Shown here: positions 18,672-27,939 of the stretch, one piece after another
Layout: each line of letters begins with the position of its first letter
Numbering within the stretch: position 1 is the first letter of the stretch
Sequence record: MZ560701
Origin: Escherichia phage vB_EcoM_TU01
DNA length: 64,000 bases
Direction: 5' to 3' (one strand)
Made by a program: the position numbers and the translations under genes
The notes under the pieces: model-generated
The model's database searches: none
Seen by the model: only the letters and a program-made list of their open reading frames with translations
Told to the model about the DNA's origin: nothing

Positions 18672-18701
18672 TATAAATACCCTTATCTANTANGGTAAGG
18701 G
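18672..18701 (+). promoter_or_regulatory. late promoter TATAAATA plus RBS-sequestering hairpin upstream of gene 49
   Basis: TATAAATA 18672-18679; stem CCCTTA (18680-18685) / TAAGGG (18696-18701) includes the SD. Confidence 0.6.
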
Positions 18702-18707
18702 TTTATC

Positions 18708-19181
18708 ATGTTATTATCAGGCAAATTATANAAAGAAGAAAAACAAAAATTTTATGATGCACAGAACGGTAAGTGTCCTATTTGCCACCGTGAATTAGAC
18801 CCTGATGTTCAAGGTAACCATCTTGACCACGACCACGAATTAAACGGGCCAAAAGCAGGTAGAGTTCGTGGGTTACTCTGTAATCTGTGCAACGCAGCAG
18901 AAGGTCAAATGAAGCATAAGTTCAACCGTTCCGGTCTTAAAGGACGTGATGTCGACTACCTCGAATGGCTTGAAGCTCTTCTTGCTTATTTGAAACAAGA
19001 TTATTCTGATAATAATATCCATCCTAATTTTGTTCCAGACAAAACTAAAGAGTTCTCAAGACTAGGTAAAGAGGAAATGATGGCTGAGATGCTTCAAAGA
19101 GGATTTGAATATAATGAATCTGATACCAAAACACAATTAATAGCTTCATTCAAAAAGCAGCTTAGAAAGAGTTTAAAATGA
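18708..19181 (+). CDS. 49: endonuclease VII (Holliday-junction resolvase)
   Basis: MLLSGKLxKEEKQKFYDAQNGKCPICHREL...HLDHDHELNGPKAGRVRGLLCNLCNAAEG... matches T4 gp49. Confidence 0.93.
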   Translation: MLLSGKLXKEEKQKFYDAQNGKCPICHRELDPDVQGNHLDHDHELNGPKAGRVRGLLCNLCNAAEGQMKHKFNRSGLKGRDVDYLEWLEALLAYLKQDYSDNNIHPNFVPDKTKEFSRLGKEEMMAEMLQRGFEYNESDTKTQLIASFKKQLRKSLK

Positions 19182-20995
19182 AAATTGAAAAAGAAATTGA
19201 AGGATTAATTCATAAAACTAATAAAGATCTTTTGAACGAGAATGCTAATAAAGATTCTCGTGTTTTTCCAACTCAACGGGACCTTATGGCTGGTATTGTG
19301 TCTAAGCACATTGCCAAAAATATGGTCCCGTCTTTTATTATGAAAGCGCATGAAAGCGGAATTATCCATTTCCATGATATTGATTATTCCCCTGCTCTTC
19401 CGTTTACTAATTGCTGTTTAGTCGATTTAAAAGGNATGCTTGAGAACGGATTTAANNTAGGCAATGCTCAAATTGAAACGCCTAAATCGATTGGTGTTGC
19501 TACTGCAATTATGGCACAAATTACCGCACAGGTTGCTTCACATCAGTACGGCGGAACGACTTTTGCTAATGTAGATAAAGTACTTTCTCCTTATGTTAAA
19601 CGCACCTATGCAAAACATATTGAGGATGCAGAAAAATGGCAAATCGCTGATGCGTTGAATTATGCCCAATCTAAAACAGAAAAAGATGTATACGATGCAT
19701 TCCAAGCTTATGAATATGAAGTAAATACTCTCTTTAGTTCAAACGGACAAACGCCTTTTGTAACAATTACATTTGGTACTGGAACTGACTGGACTGAACG
19801 AATGATTCAGAAAGCAATTCTGAAAAATCGTATTAAAGGTCTTGGTCGTGATGGGATAACTCCTATTTTCCCTAAACTTGTTATGTTCGTTGAAGAAGGT
19901 GTCAATCTTTATAAAGACGACCCGAACTACGATATTAAGCAGCTTGCTCTAGAGTGTGCAAGCAAAAGAATGTATCCTGATATTATTTCAGTTAAGAACA
20001 ATAAAGCTATCACGGGTTCATCTATTCCTGTTTCTCCAATGGGTTGCCGTAGTTTCTTAAGTGTATGGAAAGATTCGACTGGTAATGAAATTCTTGATGG
20101 ACGTAATAATCTTGGTGTTGTAACACTGAATCTTCCTCGTATTGCATTAGATTCTTATATTGGAACACAGTTCAATGAACAGAAATTTNTCGANNTNTTN
20201 AATGAACGAATGGATCTGTGTTTTGAAGCTTTGATGTGTAGAATTAGTTCTTTAAAGGGAGTTAAAGCAACTGTTGCTCCTATTCTTTACCAAGAAGGTG
20301 CATTCGGGGTTCGTCTTAAACCTGATGACGACATAATTGAGTTATTTAAAAACGGTAGAAGTTCAGTGTCTTTAGGATACATTGGTATTCACGAATTGAA
20401 TATTCTTGTCGGACGTGATATTGGACAGGAAATTTTAACTAAAATGAATGCTCGTCTTAAGCAGTGGACTGAAAGAACTGGTTTTGCTTTTAGCTTGTAT
20501 TCTACACCTGCTGAAAACCTNTGNTATCGCTTCTGTAAACTTGATACTGAGAAATATGGAAGTGTAAANGATGTTACTGATAAAGGCTGGTACACTAACA
20601 GTTTCCACGTTTCAGTAGAAGAAAATATCACTCCGTTTGAAAAGATTTCTCGCGAAGCCCCATATCATTTCATTGCGACAGGCGGNCACATTTCTTATGT
20701 TGAACTTCCTGATATGAAAAATAACCTAAAAGGTCTTGAGGCTGTCTGGGATTATGCTGCGCAACATTTAGATTATTTTGGTGTTAATATGCCAGTAGAT
20801 AAATGTTTTACGTGTGGAAGTACCCATGAAATGACTCCTACTGAAAACGGATTTGTTTGTTCTATTTGTGGAGAAACTGATCCTAAAAAGATGAACACAA
20901 TAAGAAGAACTTGTGGTTATNTTGGAAATCCGAACGAACGCGGATTTAATCTCGGCAAAAATAAAGAAATCATGCATAGGGTTAAACACCAATGA
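19178..20995 (+). CDS. nrdD: anaerobic ribonucleoside-triphosphate reductase (class III), uninterrupted
   Basis: 605-aa ORF; C-terminal Cys cluster and glycyl-radical motif RRTCGYxG; no intron. Confidence 0.95.
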   Translation: MKIEKEIEGLIHKTNKDLLNENANKDSRVFPTQRDLMAGIVSKHIAKNMVPSFIMKAHESGIIHFHDIDYSPALPFTNCCLVDLKXMLENGFXXGNAQIETPKSIGVATAIMAQITAQVASHQYGGTTFANVDKVLSPYVKRTYAKHIEDAEKWQIADALNYAQSKTEKDVYDAFQAYEYEVNTLFSSNGQTPFVTITFGTGTDWTERMIQKAILKNRIKGLGRDGITPIFPKLVMFVEEGVNLYKDDPNYDIKQLALECASKRMYPDIISVKNNKAITGSSIPVSPMGCRSFLSVWKDSTGNEILDGRNNLGVVTLNLPRIALDSYIGTQFNEQKFXXXXNERMDLCFEALMCRISSLKGVKATVAPILYQEGAFGVRLKPDDDIIELFKNGRSSVSLGYIGIHELNILVGRDIGQEILTKMNARLKQWTERTGFAFSLYSTPAENXXYRFCKLDTEKYGSVXDVTDKGWYTNSFHVSVEENITPFEKISREAPYHFIATGXHISYVELPDMKNNLKGLEAVWDYAAQHLDYFGVNMPVDKCFTCGSTHEMTPTENGFVCSICGETDPKKMNTIRRTCGYXGNPNERGFNLGKNKEIMHRVKHQ

Positions 20996-21462
20996 ATTAT
21001 GATAGATTTTATCCTTGTGATTTTGTGAATGGCCCTGGATGCAGGGTCGTTCTTTTCGTTACAGGTTGTTTGCATAAATGCGAAGGGTGTTATAATAAAT
21101 CAACATGGAACGCTAGAAATGGTATTCCATTCACTGGTGAAACACTAGAGCAATTAATTGAATGTTTGAATAATGATTATATAGAAGGATTAACTATAAC
21201 TGGAGGAGACCCTCTCTATCCTGATAACCGAGATGTTGTTCATTGCATTGCTCAAACAGTAAAAAATCTTTATCCNAATAAAAGCATTTGGTTGTGGACA
21301 GGATATAAGTTTGAAGATATTAAACAACTAGAAATGCTTAAATATGTTGATGTTATTATTGATGGGAAGTATGAGAAAAATCTTCCGACCAAAAAGCTGT
21401 GGCGAGGATCAGATAATCAGCGACTTTGGTCAAATACCGATGGGGTGTGGAAACATGATTAA
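20992..21462 (+). CDS. nrdG: anaerobic RNR activating enzyme (radical SAM)
   Basis: CDFVNGPGCRVVLFVTGCLHKCEGCYN cysteine motif. Confidence 0.92.
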   Translation: MNYDRFYPCDFVNGPGCRVVLFVTGCLHKCEGCYNKSTWNARNGIPFTGETLEQLIECLNNDYIEGLTITGGDPLYPDNRDVVHCIAQTVKNLYXNKSIWLWTGYKFEDIKQLEMLKYVDVIIDGKYEKNLPTKKLWRGSDNQRLWSNTDGVWKHD

Positions 21463-21580
21463 ATTGAATTATATTATGGATACTATAAATGATATGATTT
21501 TTCATTTTGGTCCAGAGTTTTATTCGCAATATAGTTTAGTGTTTATCAATGCTTGGTTAATTAAGGGTAAATATGTGTAA
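21455..21580 (+). CDS. small hypothetical ORF (41 aa)
   Basis: ATG overlaps nrdG stop; weak support. Confidence 0.25.
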   Translation: MIKLNYIMDTINDMIFHFGPEFYSQYSLVFINAWLIKGKYV

Positions 21581-21788
21581 ATTTCGTAAAGGTTTAGCTG
21601 ATTTTCTTACAACTGTAACGTTCTTTTTGTTTATGGCAGTTGGAGCTATTTTTCTTATTCCTTTTACTGTTGTATTTTTCGTGATTAGTTTAATTTCTCC
21701 TGAAAAGGGTTTATCCTCCAGCGAATTCAATGAACGTTTGGACAAAATTACTAATAAACTGAATTCTGTTCTTGATAAAAAGGNTTAA
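21573..21788 (+). CDS. small membrane protein
   Basis: LTTVTFFLFMAVGAIFLIPFTVVFFVISLI. Confidence 0.4.
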   Translation: MCKFRKGLADFLTTVTFFLFMAVGAIFLIPFTVVFFVISLISPEKGLSSSEFNERLDKITNKLNSVLDKKX

Positions 21789-21790
21789 TT

Positions 21791-22108
21791 ATGATTAGTT
21801 TTGANCGNTATGTGGTAGAGAGTTGGAATGGTTTTGATATGTTCGGTAATGACTATTATTTCTATGAATGTAGTCTAAATCCTAGTTTTTGGGCNGGACG
21901 TGAACGNGAACTCGAAGAAATTAATAATCGTGCTGAATTGTTAGGTGAATTACCTACGGTTTATTTTACCTTTGATGCATCTGGATTTGTTATCCAGGTT
22001 TATTTTCCTGAAGAAAATTCTGGNGATGATTCTGTTAANCCGCCATATTGGGCTTATCAAGGAATTATTTCTCGTGGAACAAAACTCGAACTTAAAGAAC
22101 AAGATTGA
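21791..22108 (+). CDS. hypothetical protein (N-containing)
   Basis: ORF track. Confidence 0.4.
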   Translation: MISFXXYVVESWNGFDMFGNDYYFYECSLNPSFWXGREXELEEINNRAELLGELPTVYFTFDASGFVIQVYFPEENSXDDSVXPPYWAYQGIISRGTKLELKEQD

Positions 22109-22397
22109 AATTTATGGCATCCCTGAAGAAGTAGGACGTTGTCCAGGATGTTATACTGTTACAAAACTTTTAAAGGAGCTCAATGCTCCTTATACATTTT
22201 ATAAAGTCCTCACTAATAATGGTAAGATTGAATATGACCGTCCTTTAATCGTATCTCTTGCTAAACGTGCAGGATTCACTTCACTTAATATTCGTTATCC
22301 TGTCATATTTTTAAATGATAAGAAACAAAAGAATATTGCAGAGTTTAAAAAGTCCTTGATTTCATTAGGATATGACTCTGATATCATAGAAGATTGA
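22104..22397 (+). CDS. nrdH: glutaredoxin-like protein (CPGC active site); start codon unresolved
   Basis: KIEIYGIPEEVGRCPGCYTVTKLLKEL; no in-frame ATG/GTG/TTG adjacent, reading frame begins at ATT 22104 overlapping upstream stop. Confidence 0.5.
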   Translation: MEIYGIPEEVGRCPGCYTVTKLLKELNAPYTFYKVLTNNGKIEYDRPLIVSLAKRAGFTSLNIRYPVIFLNDKKQKNIAEFKKSLISLGYDSDIIED

Positions 22398-22422
22398 CCA
22401 GGTGCCGCCTGGTCTTCTTTAT
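22396..22422 (+). terminator. terminator-like hairpin GACCAGG-TGCCG-CCTGGTC then T-rich
   Basis: 7-bp GC-rich stem directly after nrdH stop. Confidence 0.5.
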
Positions 22423-22562
22423 CTCATTTCTAATATAATCCATTGGAATCTTCACTTCACTATCTCCTTGTGCCCCTCTCAAATCGAAAATATTTTCATA
22501 AAACAGTTTACATCCTCAATAGATGTGTTAAGATTAAACCATCTACTATAGAGGAAAATAAA

Positions 22563-22745
22563 ATGACAATTGAAGATAAAGAAATTAAGGTCGACCAGTA
22601 CTATTCTGTCAACGGTAATGCAGTACAGATAACCAGAGTTTCAAGCCTGGATGTTTGGTACCGTTCAATCAAATATCCAGAAATTGGTGAAATGCTTTGT
22701 GACCGTGGTATCTTCTGTTCAATTGCGAAGGAAATTAAGCCATGA
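22563..22745 (+). CDS. small hypothetical protein
   Basis: GAGGAAA RBS. Confidence 0.35.
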   Translation: MTIEDKEIKVDQYYSVNGNAVQITRVSSLDVWYRSIKYPEIGEMLCDRGIFCSIAKEIKP

Positions 22746-22990
22746 TTAGTTTAGATTCAAAGAAAGTTGTTCTAACCCTTAAAGTTGATGACGAGCGTCT
22801 AGTATTCGTTACCATTTCCGATTTGCATGTTGAAATTGCTAATGGCGTCCGTACTTATCAAACGTCTAAAACACAATGGGACTATATCCCAATGTTGACG
22901 CTTACTCAGCGTTTAGAATCAATCGGTCTTAAAGACCTTTCAGTAAGTGAAGTGAATTTTATCAAACGCATTGTATCAATCAACCTCTGA
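22742..22990 (+). CDS. hypothetical protein
   Basis: ATGA overlap. Confidence 0.4.
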   Translation: MISLDSKKVVLTLKVDDERLVFVTISDLHVEIANGVRTYQTSKTQWDYIPMLTLTQRLESIGLKDLSVSEVNFIKRIVSINL

Positions 22991-22997
22991 GGTACTT

Positions 22998-23291
22998 ATG
23001 GGTAAAACGTATCGTCGTAAAGATTTGAAAGTTCGTGATTACGACTATTTTGGTAAACGTAAAGCTCCTGACGGTGTTAGCCACAAAGACATGGTTGAAA
23101 ACATATTCCGCTCAGATAAATGGAAACGTATGAAAGGCGTTGATTCCGAAGTCAAGAACGAAATGAATCGACAACTCCGCAAAGAAGTTCGTAAGTTGAA
23201 AAAAGATGTTTACAGTAAAGAAGATTATGATTATAATACTTCTCATACTGAAGCCAAACGTAAAGCCAACGAATGTTATCGTTACAGTTGA
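22998..23291 (+). CDS. small basic protein (Lys/Arg-rich)
   Basis: GAGGT RBS. Confidence 0.4.
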   Translation: MGKTYRRKDLKVRDYDYFGKRKAPDGVSHKDMVENIFRSDKWKRMKGVDSEVKNEMNRQLRKEVRKLKKDVYSKEDYDYNTSHTEAKRKANECYRYS

Positions 23292-23298
23292 GGAAATT

Positions 23299-23433
23299 AT
23301 GAATATCAAACGAATGCTTTTTAAGCAGGGATTATATACTTTAAATGTTAATCCAAAGGGTGATACAACTAAATGGTCTGTAAATGACTGGATTAAGTTC
23401 ATCGACGAAAATGGGGCGTGGAACACAAAATGA
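23299..23433 (+). CDS. small hypothetical ORF (44 aa)
   Basis: GAGGAAA RBS. Confidence 0.3.
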   Translation: MNIKRMLFKQGLYTLNVNPKGDTTKWSVNDWIKFIDENGAWNTK

Positions 23434-23630
23434 ATCCTGAAAATATTGTGTCATGGCAACTTCGTGAAGAACGTGCCAAATTCTTTGCCAACATGAAACT
23501 CAACGGTGTTGAGGATGAAGACTTTTTACGTTGGTTCTGGATTTACAAATACAAAGAATGCCAACATGCTGTGCTATTGACTTGCGCAGCTATGTACGAA
23601 GGCTGGAAAGGCGCTAAAAAGTTCGGTTAA
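23430..23630 (+). CDS. hypothetical protein
   Basis: ATGA overlap. Confidence 0.4.
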   Translation: MNPENIVSWQLREERAKFFANMKLNGVEDEDFLRWFWIYKYKECQHAVLLTCAAMYEGWKGAKKFG

Positions 23631-23633
23631 TAA

Positions 23634-23672
23634 TGTACAACGATAGGAAGACATGTTATTATCTTCCTATCG
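23634..23672 (+). promoter_or_regulatory. early promoter in perfect 11-bp hairpin (PeSL-like)
   Basis: TGTACA 23634-23639; stem CGATAGGAAGA/TCTTCCTATCG enclosing TGTTATTAT. Confidence 0.55.
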
Positions 23673-23693
23673 TCTTAAAATGAGGAAAATATC

Positions 23694-23933
23694 ATGGCCC
23701 AAGAATTAGANNNNNNNNNNNNNNNNNNNNNNNNNNNNNNNNNNNNNNNNNNNNNNNNNNNNNNNNNNNNNTATGACATTTTAACAGATGCTATTACTGT
23801 TAGTTGTGGTGGAAANNNNNNNNNNNNNNNNNNNACTGAAAACAAATACCCAATCTATAAAGGCATCTTTGATATGGGTGTTGATATTAGNNNNNNNNNN
23901 NNNNNNNNNNNNNNNNNNNNNNNNNNNAAATAA
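23694..23933 (+). CDS. hypothetical protein, mostly N-masked
   Basis: ORF spans three N runs; only fragments readable. Confidence 0.25.
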   Translation: MAQELXXXXXXXXXXXXXXXXXXXXXYDILTDAITVSCGGXXXXXXXTENKYPIYKGIFDMGVDIXXXXXXXXXXXXXK

Positions 23934-23999
23934 TGCACAAACTCTTGAGAGCAGAGTATAATGCTCTCATTGGATAATAAAATAACCGAGGAAAATAAT

Positions 24000-24332
24000 A
24001 TGTCTACTAAAATCAAAAACGTAGTTAATTCTTTCGCTTTCGATAAAGTTGTTGCTCTTCTGGAATCCGGCAATATTGTTACTCCTCAAGTTCTTGACGC
24101 GTGGGAATTCCGTCTTTATGAAATCATGCAAAAACACGACCAGAAAATTGGACGTAATTCTATTCGTGAAATTCTAGTACAATATATTCTTTCTGAATTT
24201 GACGTTGCTGCATTTGGTGTTGAATCTAAAGCTTATCAGAAACATGAAATCTCTGAAAAGACTATCCGTCGTATGAAAAATCAACGTAAGAAAAAATTCG
24301 TTGACCTGAAAATTGTTAAGGCGGTAAAATGA
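24000..24332 (+). CDS. hypothetical protein
   Basis: GAGGAAAA RBS. Confidence 0.45.
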   Translation: MSTKIKNVVNSFAFDKVVALLESGNIVTPQVLDAWEFRLYEIMQKHDQKIGRNSIREILVQYILSEFDVAAFGVESKAYQKHEISEKTIRRMKNQRKKKFVDLKIVKAVK

Positions 24333-24556
24333 GCGTATTAACAGAAACTTTGATTAATGACCTGCGTCTAGCTGGTTACGAAGTTGGTACAAATAGTCTA
24401 GGTCTTTCTCAGATTGAAGGGCTTGGATTTATCCTAGAATATGAATTCAAACAATGGTGGCTATATGCTACGGCTGACGATGCGTTGAATATTGATTTCG
24501 TTGACCAATTTGATTCGTTGGATGCTGCTCTTGAAGCAGCAAAGGAACTAGAATGA
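24329..24556 (+). CDS. hypothetical acidic protein
   Basis: ATGA overlap. Confidence 0.45.
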   Translation: MSVLTETLINDLRLAGYEVGTNSLGLSQIEGLGFILEYEFKQWWLYATADDALNIDFVDQFDSLDAALEAAKELE

Positions 24557-24822
24557 AATTAACTCGAATCAGTATAACTGAAGAAAAGCTGGGCGAATTT
24601 TATGTTGACGAATACATGAAAGTCACGTATTTTCCATTCGTTAAAGGTGTTGGTTTTTGGGAAACTCATGTATCTCAATTAAACGAAGGCGACTATAACG
24701 AAACACATGAGAACTTTTTAGATTTTCTTTATAATGCCGGTCTTACTGAGCTTTATATCGATATCCATGAGTTCAAACGTTTAATGGAAAAAGTGTTTCA
24801 GGCTTATTGTTTGCTCCGATAG
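24553..24822 (+). CDS. hypothetical protein
   Basis: ATGA overlap. Confidence 0.45.
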   Translation: MKLTRISITEEKLGEFYVDEYMKVTYFPFVKGVGFWETHVSQLNEGDYNETHENFLDFLYNAGLTELYIDIHEFKRLMEKVFQAYCLLR

Positions 24823-24829
24823 TATCTCG

Positions 24830-24871
24830 TGCTTTAAGATAGGTCTCTAAATATTATGATATAATAGACCT
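24830..24871 (+). promoter_or_regulatory. MotA-box (TGCTTTA) middle-promoter-like element plus hairpin AGGTCT/AGACCT upstream of gene 55
   Basis: exact TGCTTTA at 24830-24836; TATAAT-like 24860-24865 in hairpin loop. Confidence 0.45.
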
Positions 24872-24894
24872 ATGAATTGAGCCAAGAGGTACTT

Positions 24895-25452
24895 ATGACT
24901 GAACAAAAACCTAAAAATAACTATGTGAATAATAAAGAGCTTCTCGCCGCTATAATCGAGTGGAAAAAGGAGCTCTTAAATAATAAAGACCCAAACAAAA
25001 TTATTCGTCAGAATGATACCATCGGTTTAGCAATTATGCTTATCGCCGAAGGCCTGTCCAAACGTTTCAACTTTTCAGGATATACCCAGTCTTGGAAGCA
25101 GGAGATGATTGCAGATGGGATTGAAGCCTCTATTAAGGGACTTCATAATTTCGACGAAACTAAGTACAATAACCCACATGCATACATAACTCGAGCTTGT
25201 TTTAATGCTTTTGTCCAACGTATCAAAAAAGAACGTAAGGAAGTTGCAAAGAAATATAGTTACTTCGTTCATAATGTCTACGACAGTCATGACGATGATA
25301 TGGTAGCGTTGGTAGATGAAACGTTTATTCAAGACATCTACGATAAAATGACGCATTATGAAGAATCCGCTTATAAAGCTCCTGGGGCTGAAAAGAAGGA
25401 AGTTGTTAGCGATTCGCCTAGTTTGGATTTTTTATATGAGGATGACAATTGA
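24895..25452 (+). CDS. 55: late-transcription sigma factor gp55
   Basis: [88 protein letters not shown]... matches T4 gp55. Confidence 0.93.
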   Translation: MTEQKPKNNYVNNKELLAAIIEWKKELLNNKDPNKIIRQNDTIGLAIMLIAEGLSKRFNFSGYTQSWKQEMIADGIEASIKGLHNFDETKYNNPHAYITRACFNAFVQRIKKERKEVAKKYSYFVHNVYDSHDDDMVALVDETFIQDIYDKMTHYEESAYKAPGAEKKEVVSDSPSLDFLYEDDN

Positions 25453-25651
25453 CATCTCTAACTACTTAGAAGAACCTTTTGACGAAGCAATCCCTTATTT
25501 GGTAAAACTGTTGGGTCGTGAATTTAAAATTAATTTTGACATCGACCCTTTGAACCCACATGACGTGTCATTTTCGATAAATGGGACTCCGGTTGAGTAT
25601 GAGTTCTGTATTGAAGAGGACGGACGTTTTTATTTTAATTTAATGAGATAA
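25436..25651 (+). CDS. hypothetical protein
   Basis: overlaps 3' end of gene 55 in another frame; start ambiguous (25436 or 25442). Confidence 0.35.
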   Translation: MRMTIDISNYLEEPFDEAIPYLVKLLGREFKINFDIDPLNPHDVSFSINGTPVEYEFCIEEDGRFYFNLMR

Positions 25652-25652
25652 T

Positions 25653-25976
25653 ATGACTACCGAGATTATTGAAAATAAAGAAGCAGAAGATGCAGTAGCT
25701 AAAATGCTACAAGAAATCCAAANGAAAAATGAAGCTGAAGCACGTAAAAAATCCGAAAAGATTCTTAAAAAGAATCGTTTTGAACTAAACCGTCTTTATG
25801 CTCATGCTCAAGAAGCAGCAATTCAAAACAACTTCGAAGCTTACGAATATGCTATTAAGAAATCTCGGGATATTCTACGACAACCATATAATGACAAGTT
25901 AATTAAAATCCAGTGGATTACTACTCGTCAGGCTATTGAGGACATCATTAATGGCGCTAGTTCAAACAAAGTTTAA
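25653..25976 (+). CDS. hypothetical protein
   Basis: ORF track. Confidence 0.45.
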   Translation: MTTEIIENKEAEDAVAKMLQEIQXKNEAEARKKSEKILKKNRFELNRLYAHAQEAAIQNNFEAYEYAIKKSRDILRQPYNDKLIKIQWITTRQAIEDIINGASSNKV

Positions 25977-26157
25977 ACGTCTGAAGCTGAACGCAGGGTT
26001 CACCCTTAAATTGGGAGGTCCTCTTTGTGTTAAAATTTCTGAAAAGGAATATCACGACGGTTCTATTACAGAAATTTGTCCGCCTATTGTAAAGGCAGAC
26101 CCAAAACAACTCGTGTGGGTTGATTCATTTCAAGTTAAGAAATGGTGGAAACGATGA
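25951..26157 (+). CDS. hypothetical protein
   Basis: ORF track, start refined. Confidence 0.35.
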   Translation: MALVQTKFKRLKLNAGFTLKLGGPLCVKISEKEYHDGSITEICPPIVKADPKQLVWVDSFQVKKWWKR

Positions 26158-26196
26158 GAGAAATCGATTTAGGNNTTTTCTGAGAGGTGCTTATGC

Positions 26197-26370
26197 ATGA
26201 CGAACGACCCGACCTCTGAAAATTTCGATAAAATCCGTAAAGGCAAAGCAGAAAGAATGAGACGTTTTAAAGAGTCTTATGATAAAGCTAAAGCCGAAGG
26301 AACTATTACATACAAGCCCATTCGATTTAAAAGTTCAAATGAGCCTCTGTACGGTGTACTATGTGGATAG
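26197..26370 (+). CDS. small hypothetical basic protein (57 aa)
   Basis: GAGAGGTG RBS; followed by strong terminator. Confidence 0.3.
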   Translation: MTNDPTSENFDKIRKGKAERMRRFKESYDKAKAEGTITYKPIRFKSSNEPLYGVLCG

Positions 26371-26395
26371 GAACTCTTCGGAGTTCCTTTTTTGC
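26369..26395 (+). terminator. rho-independent terminator AGGAACTC-TTCG-GAGTTCCT + TTTTTT
   Basis: 8-bp stem, UUCG loop, T-run. Confidence 0.75.
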
Positions 26396-26439
26396 TTTAT
26401 AAACGGATGATAGAATGAATTAACTAATGAGGAAATAAT

Positions 26440-27459
26440 ATGAAAATTTTAAATTTAGGTGATTGGCATTTAGGTGTTAAAGCCGATGATGAGTGGGTTC
26501 AATCCATTCAGTTGGATGGAATTAAACAAGCAATAGAATATTCTAAGAAAAANGGAATTACTACATGGATTCAATACGGCGATATTTTTGATGTGCGAAA
26601 AGCAATCACNCATAAAACTATGGANTTCGCNCGTGAAATAGTTCAAATGCTTGATGATGCTGGTATTACCCTACATACTGTNGTAGGAAACCATGATATG
26701 CACTTTAAAAATACTTTAACTCCAAATGCTTCTACTGAGCTTTTGGCTAAATATCCTAATGTTAAAGTATATGATAAGCCNACTACNGTAGATTTTGATG
26801 GATGTTTGATTGATTTAATTCCATGGATGTGTGAAGAAAATACAGGTGAAATCTTAGAGCACATCAAGACTTCTTCAGCAGCGTATTGTGTTGGGCACTG
26901 GGAACTGAATGGCTTTTATTTCTATAAAGGAATGAAGTCTCATGGGCTTGAACCTGATTTCTTAAAGACCTATAAACAAGTCTGGTCTGGCCACTTCCAC
27001 ACAATCTCTGAAGCTGCTAACGTCAAATATATTGGGACACCATGGACCCTTACTGCAGGCGATGAGAACGACCCTCGAGGATTCTGGGTATTTGACACTG
27101 ATGTTGAACGTATGGAATTTATTCCTAATGAAACAACATGGCATCGACGAATCACTTATCCGTTTAAAGGCAAAATCAATTATTCTGATTATACTAATCT
27201 AGCCGTACGTGTTATAGTATCAGAAATTGATTCAGAGTTGACTAAGTTTGAATCTGAACTTGAAAAAGTAGTTCACTCTCTTCGTATGGTTTCTAAAGTT
27301 GATAACAGTGTTGAATCTGATGATGACCAGGAAATCGAGATTAAATCACTTCAAGATATCATTAAAGAATATATTGACGCGATTCCAGATATCTCAGACG
27401 AAGACAGAGAAGCGCTGGTCAAATATTCCAACGAACTTTATATTGAGGCAACACAATGA
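26440..27459 (+). CDS. 47: recombination nuclease subunit gp47 (Mre11-like)
   Basis: MKILNLGDWHLGVKADDEW...GNHDMHFKN...GHWELNG...GHFH matches T4 gp47 phosphoesterase motifs. Confidence 0.95.
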   Translation: MKILNLGDWHLGVKADDEWVQSIQLDGIKQAIEYSKKXGITTWIQYGDIFDVRKAIXHKTMXFXREIVQMLDDAGITLHTXVGNHDMHFKNTLTPNASTELLAKYPNVKVYDKXTXVDFDGCLIDLIPWMCEENTGEILEHIKTSSAAYCVGHWELNGFYFYKGMKSHGLEPDFLKTYKQVWSGHFHTISEAANVKYIGTPWTLTAGDENDPRGFWVFDTDVERMEFIPNETTWHRRITYPFKGKINYSDYTNLAVRVIVSEIDSELTKFESELEKVVHSLRMVSKVDNSVESDDDQEIEIKSLQDIIKEYIDAIPDISDEDREALVKYSNELYIEATQ

Positions 27460-27713
27460 CTTTAGATGAATTTAACAATGCTGGACTCAGGCTTGAAGTT
27501 GAAATGGACGTTAAAGATGATGATGGATTCGAGAACACTATCAAGTATTGGATTGAGCCATTACGCGTTGAAGGCAATGAAGTTAAAGCAGTTCATGTCT
27601 GCACCGACTGGGCTATTGAATTTAGCTTTAATATAATGGACAACGATACTCCTGGCTCTATTCTTAAAATGGCTGAAGCGTGTATTGAGGATGCGTATAA
27701 TGACGAAGACTGA
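27456..27713 (+). CDS. hypothetical acidic protein
   Basis: ATGA overlap with gene 47. Confidence 0.5.
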   Translation: MTLDEFNNAGLRLEVEMDVKDDDGFENTIKYWIEPLRVEGNEVKAVHVCTDWAIEFSFNIMDNDTPGSILKMAEACIEDAYNDED

Positions 27714-27939
27714 TTATGAAATCCATCGTCATGAATTTAGTATTGGTGACGGTTATATTGGTATCGTTGAATGGACTGAGAATTACGAGGAATCAACTCC
27801 TCGTTTCTTTGGAACAATGTATGTTACCTGTGAGTACGCACCAGGTGTTGTTATGTATGCAGAACTAGATGAATATTTTGCTGATAGAGATGACATGTTA
27901 AAATATGTAGAGGACTTCATTCGAAGAGAATACATATGA
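27700..27939 (+). CDS. hypothetical protein
   Basis: overlapping start; GAGGA RBS. Confidence 0.45.
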   Translation: MTKTDYEIHRHEFSIGDGYIGIVEWTENYEESTPRFFGTMYVTCEYAPGVVMYAELDEYFADRDDMLKYVEDFIRREYI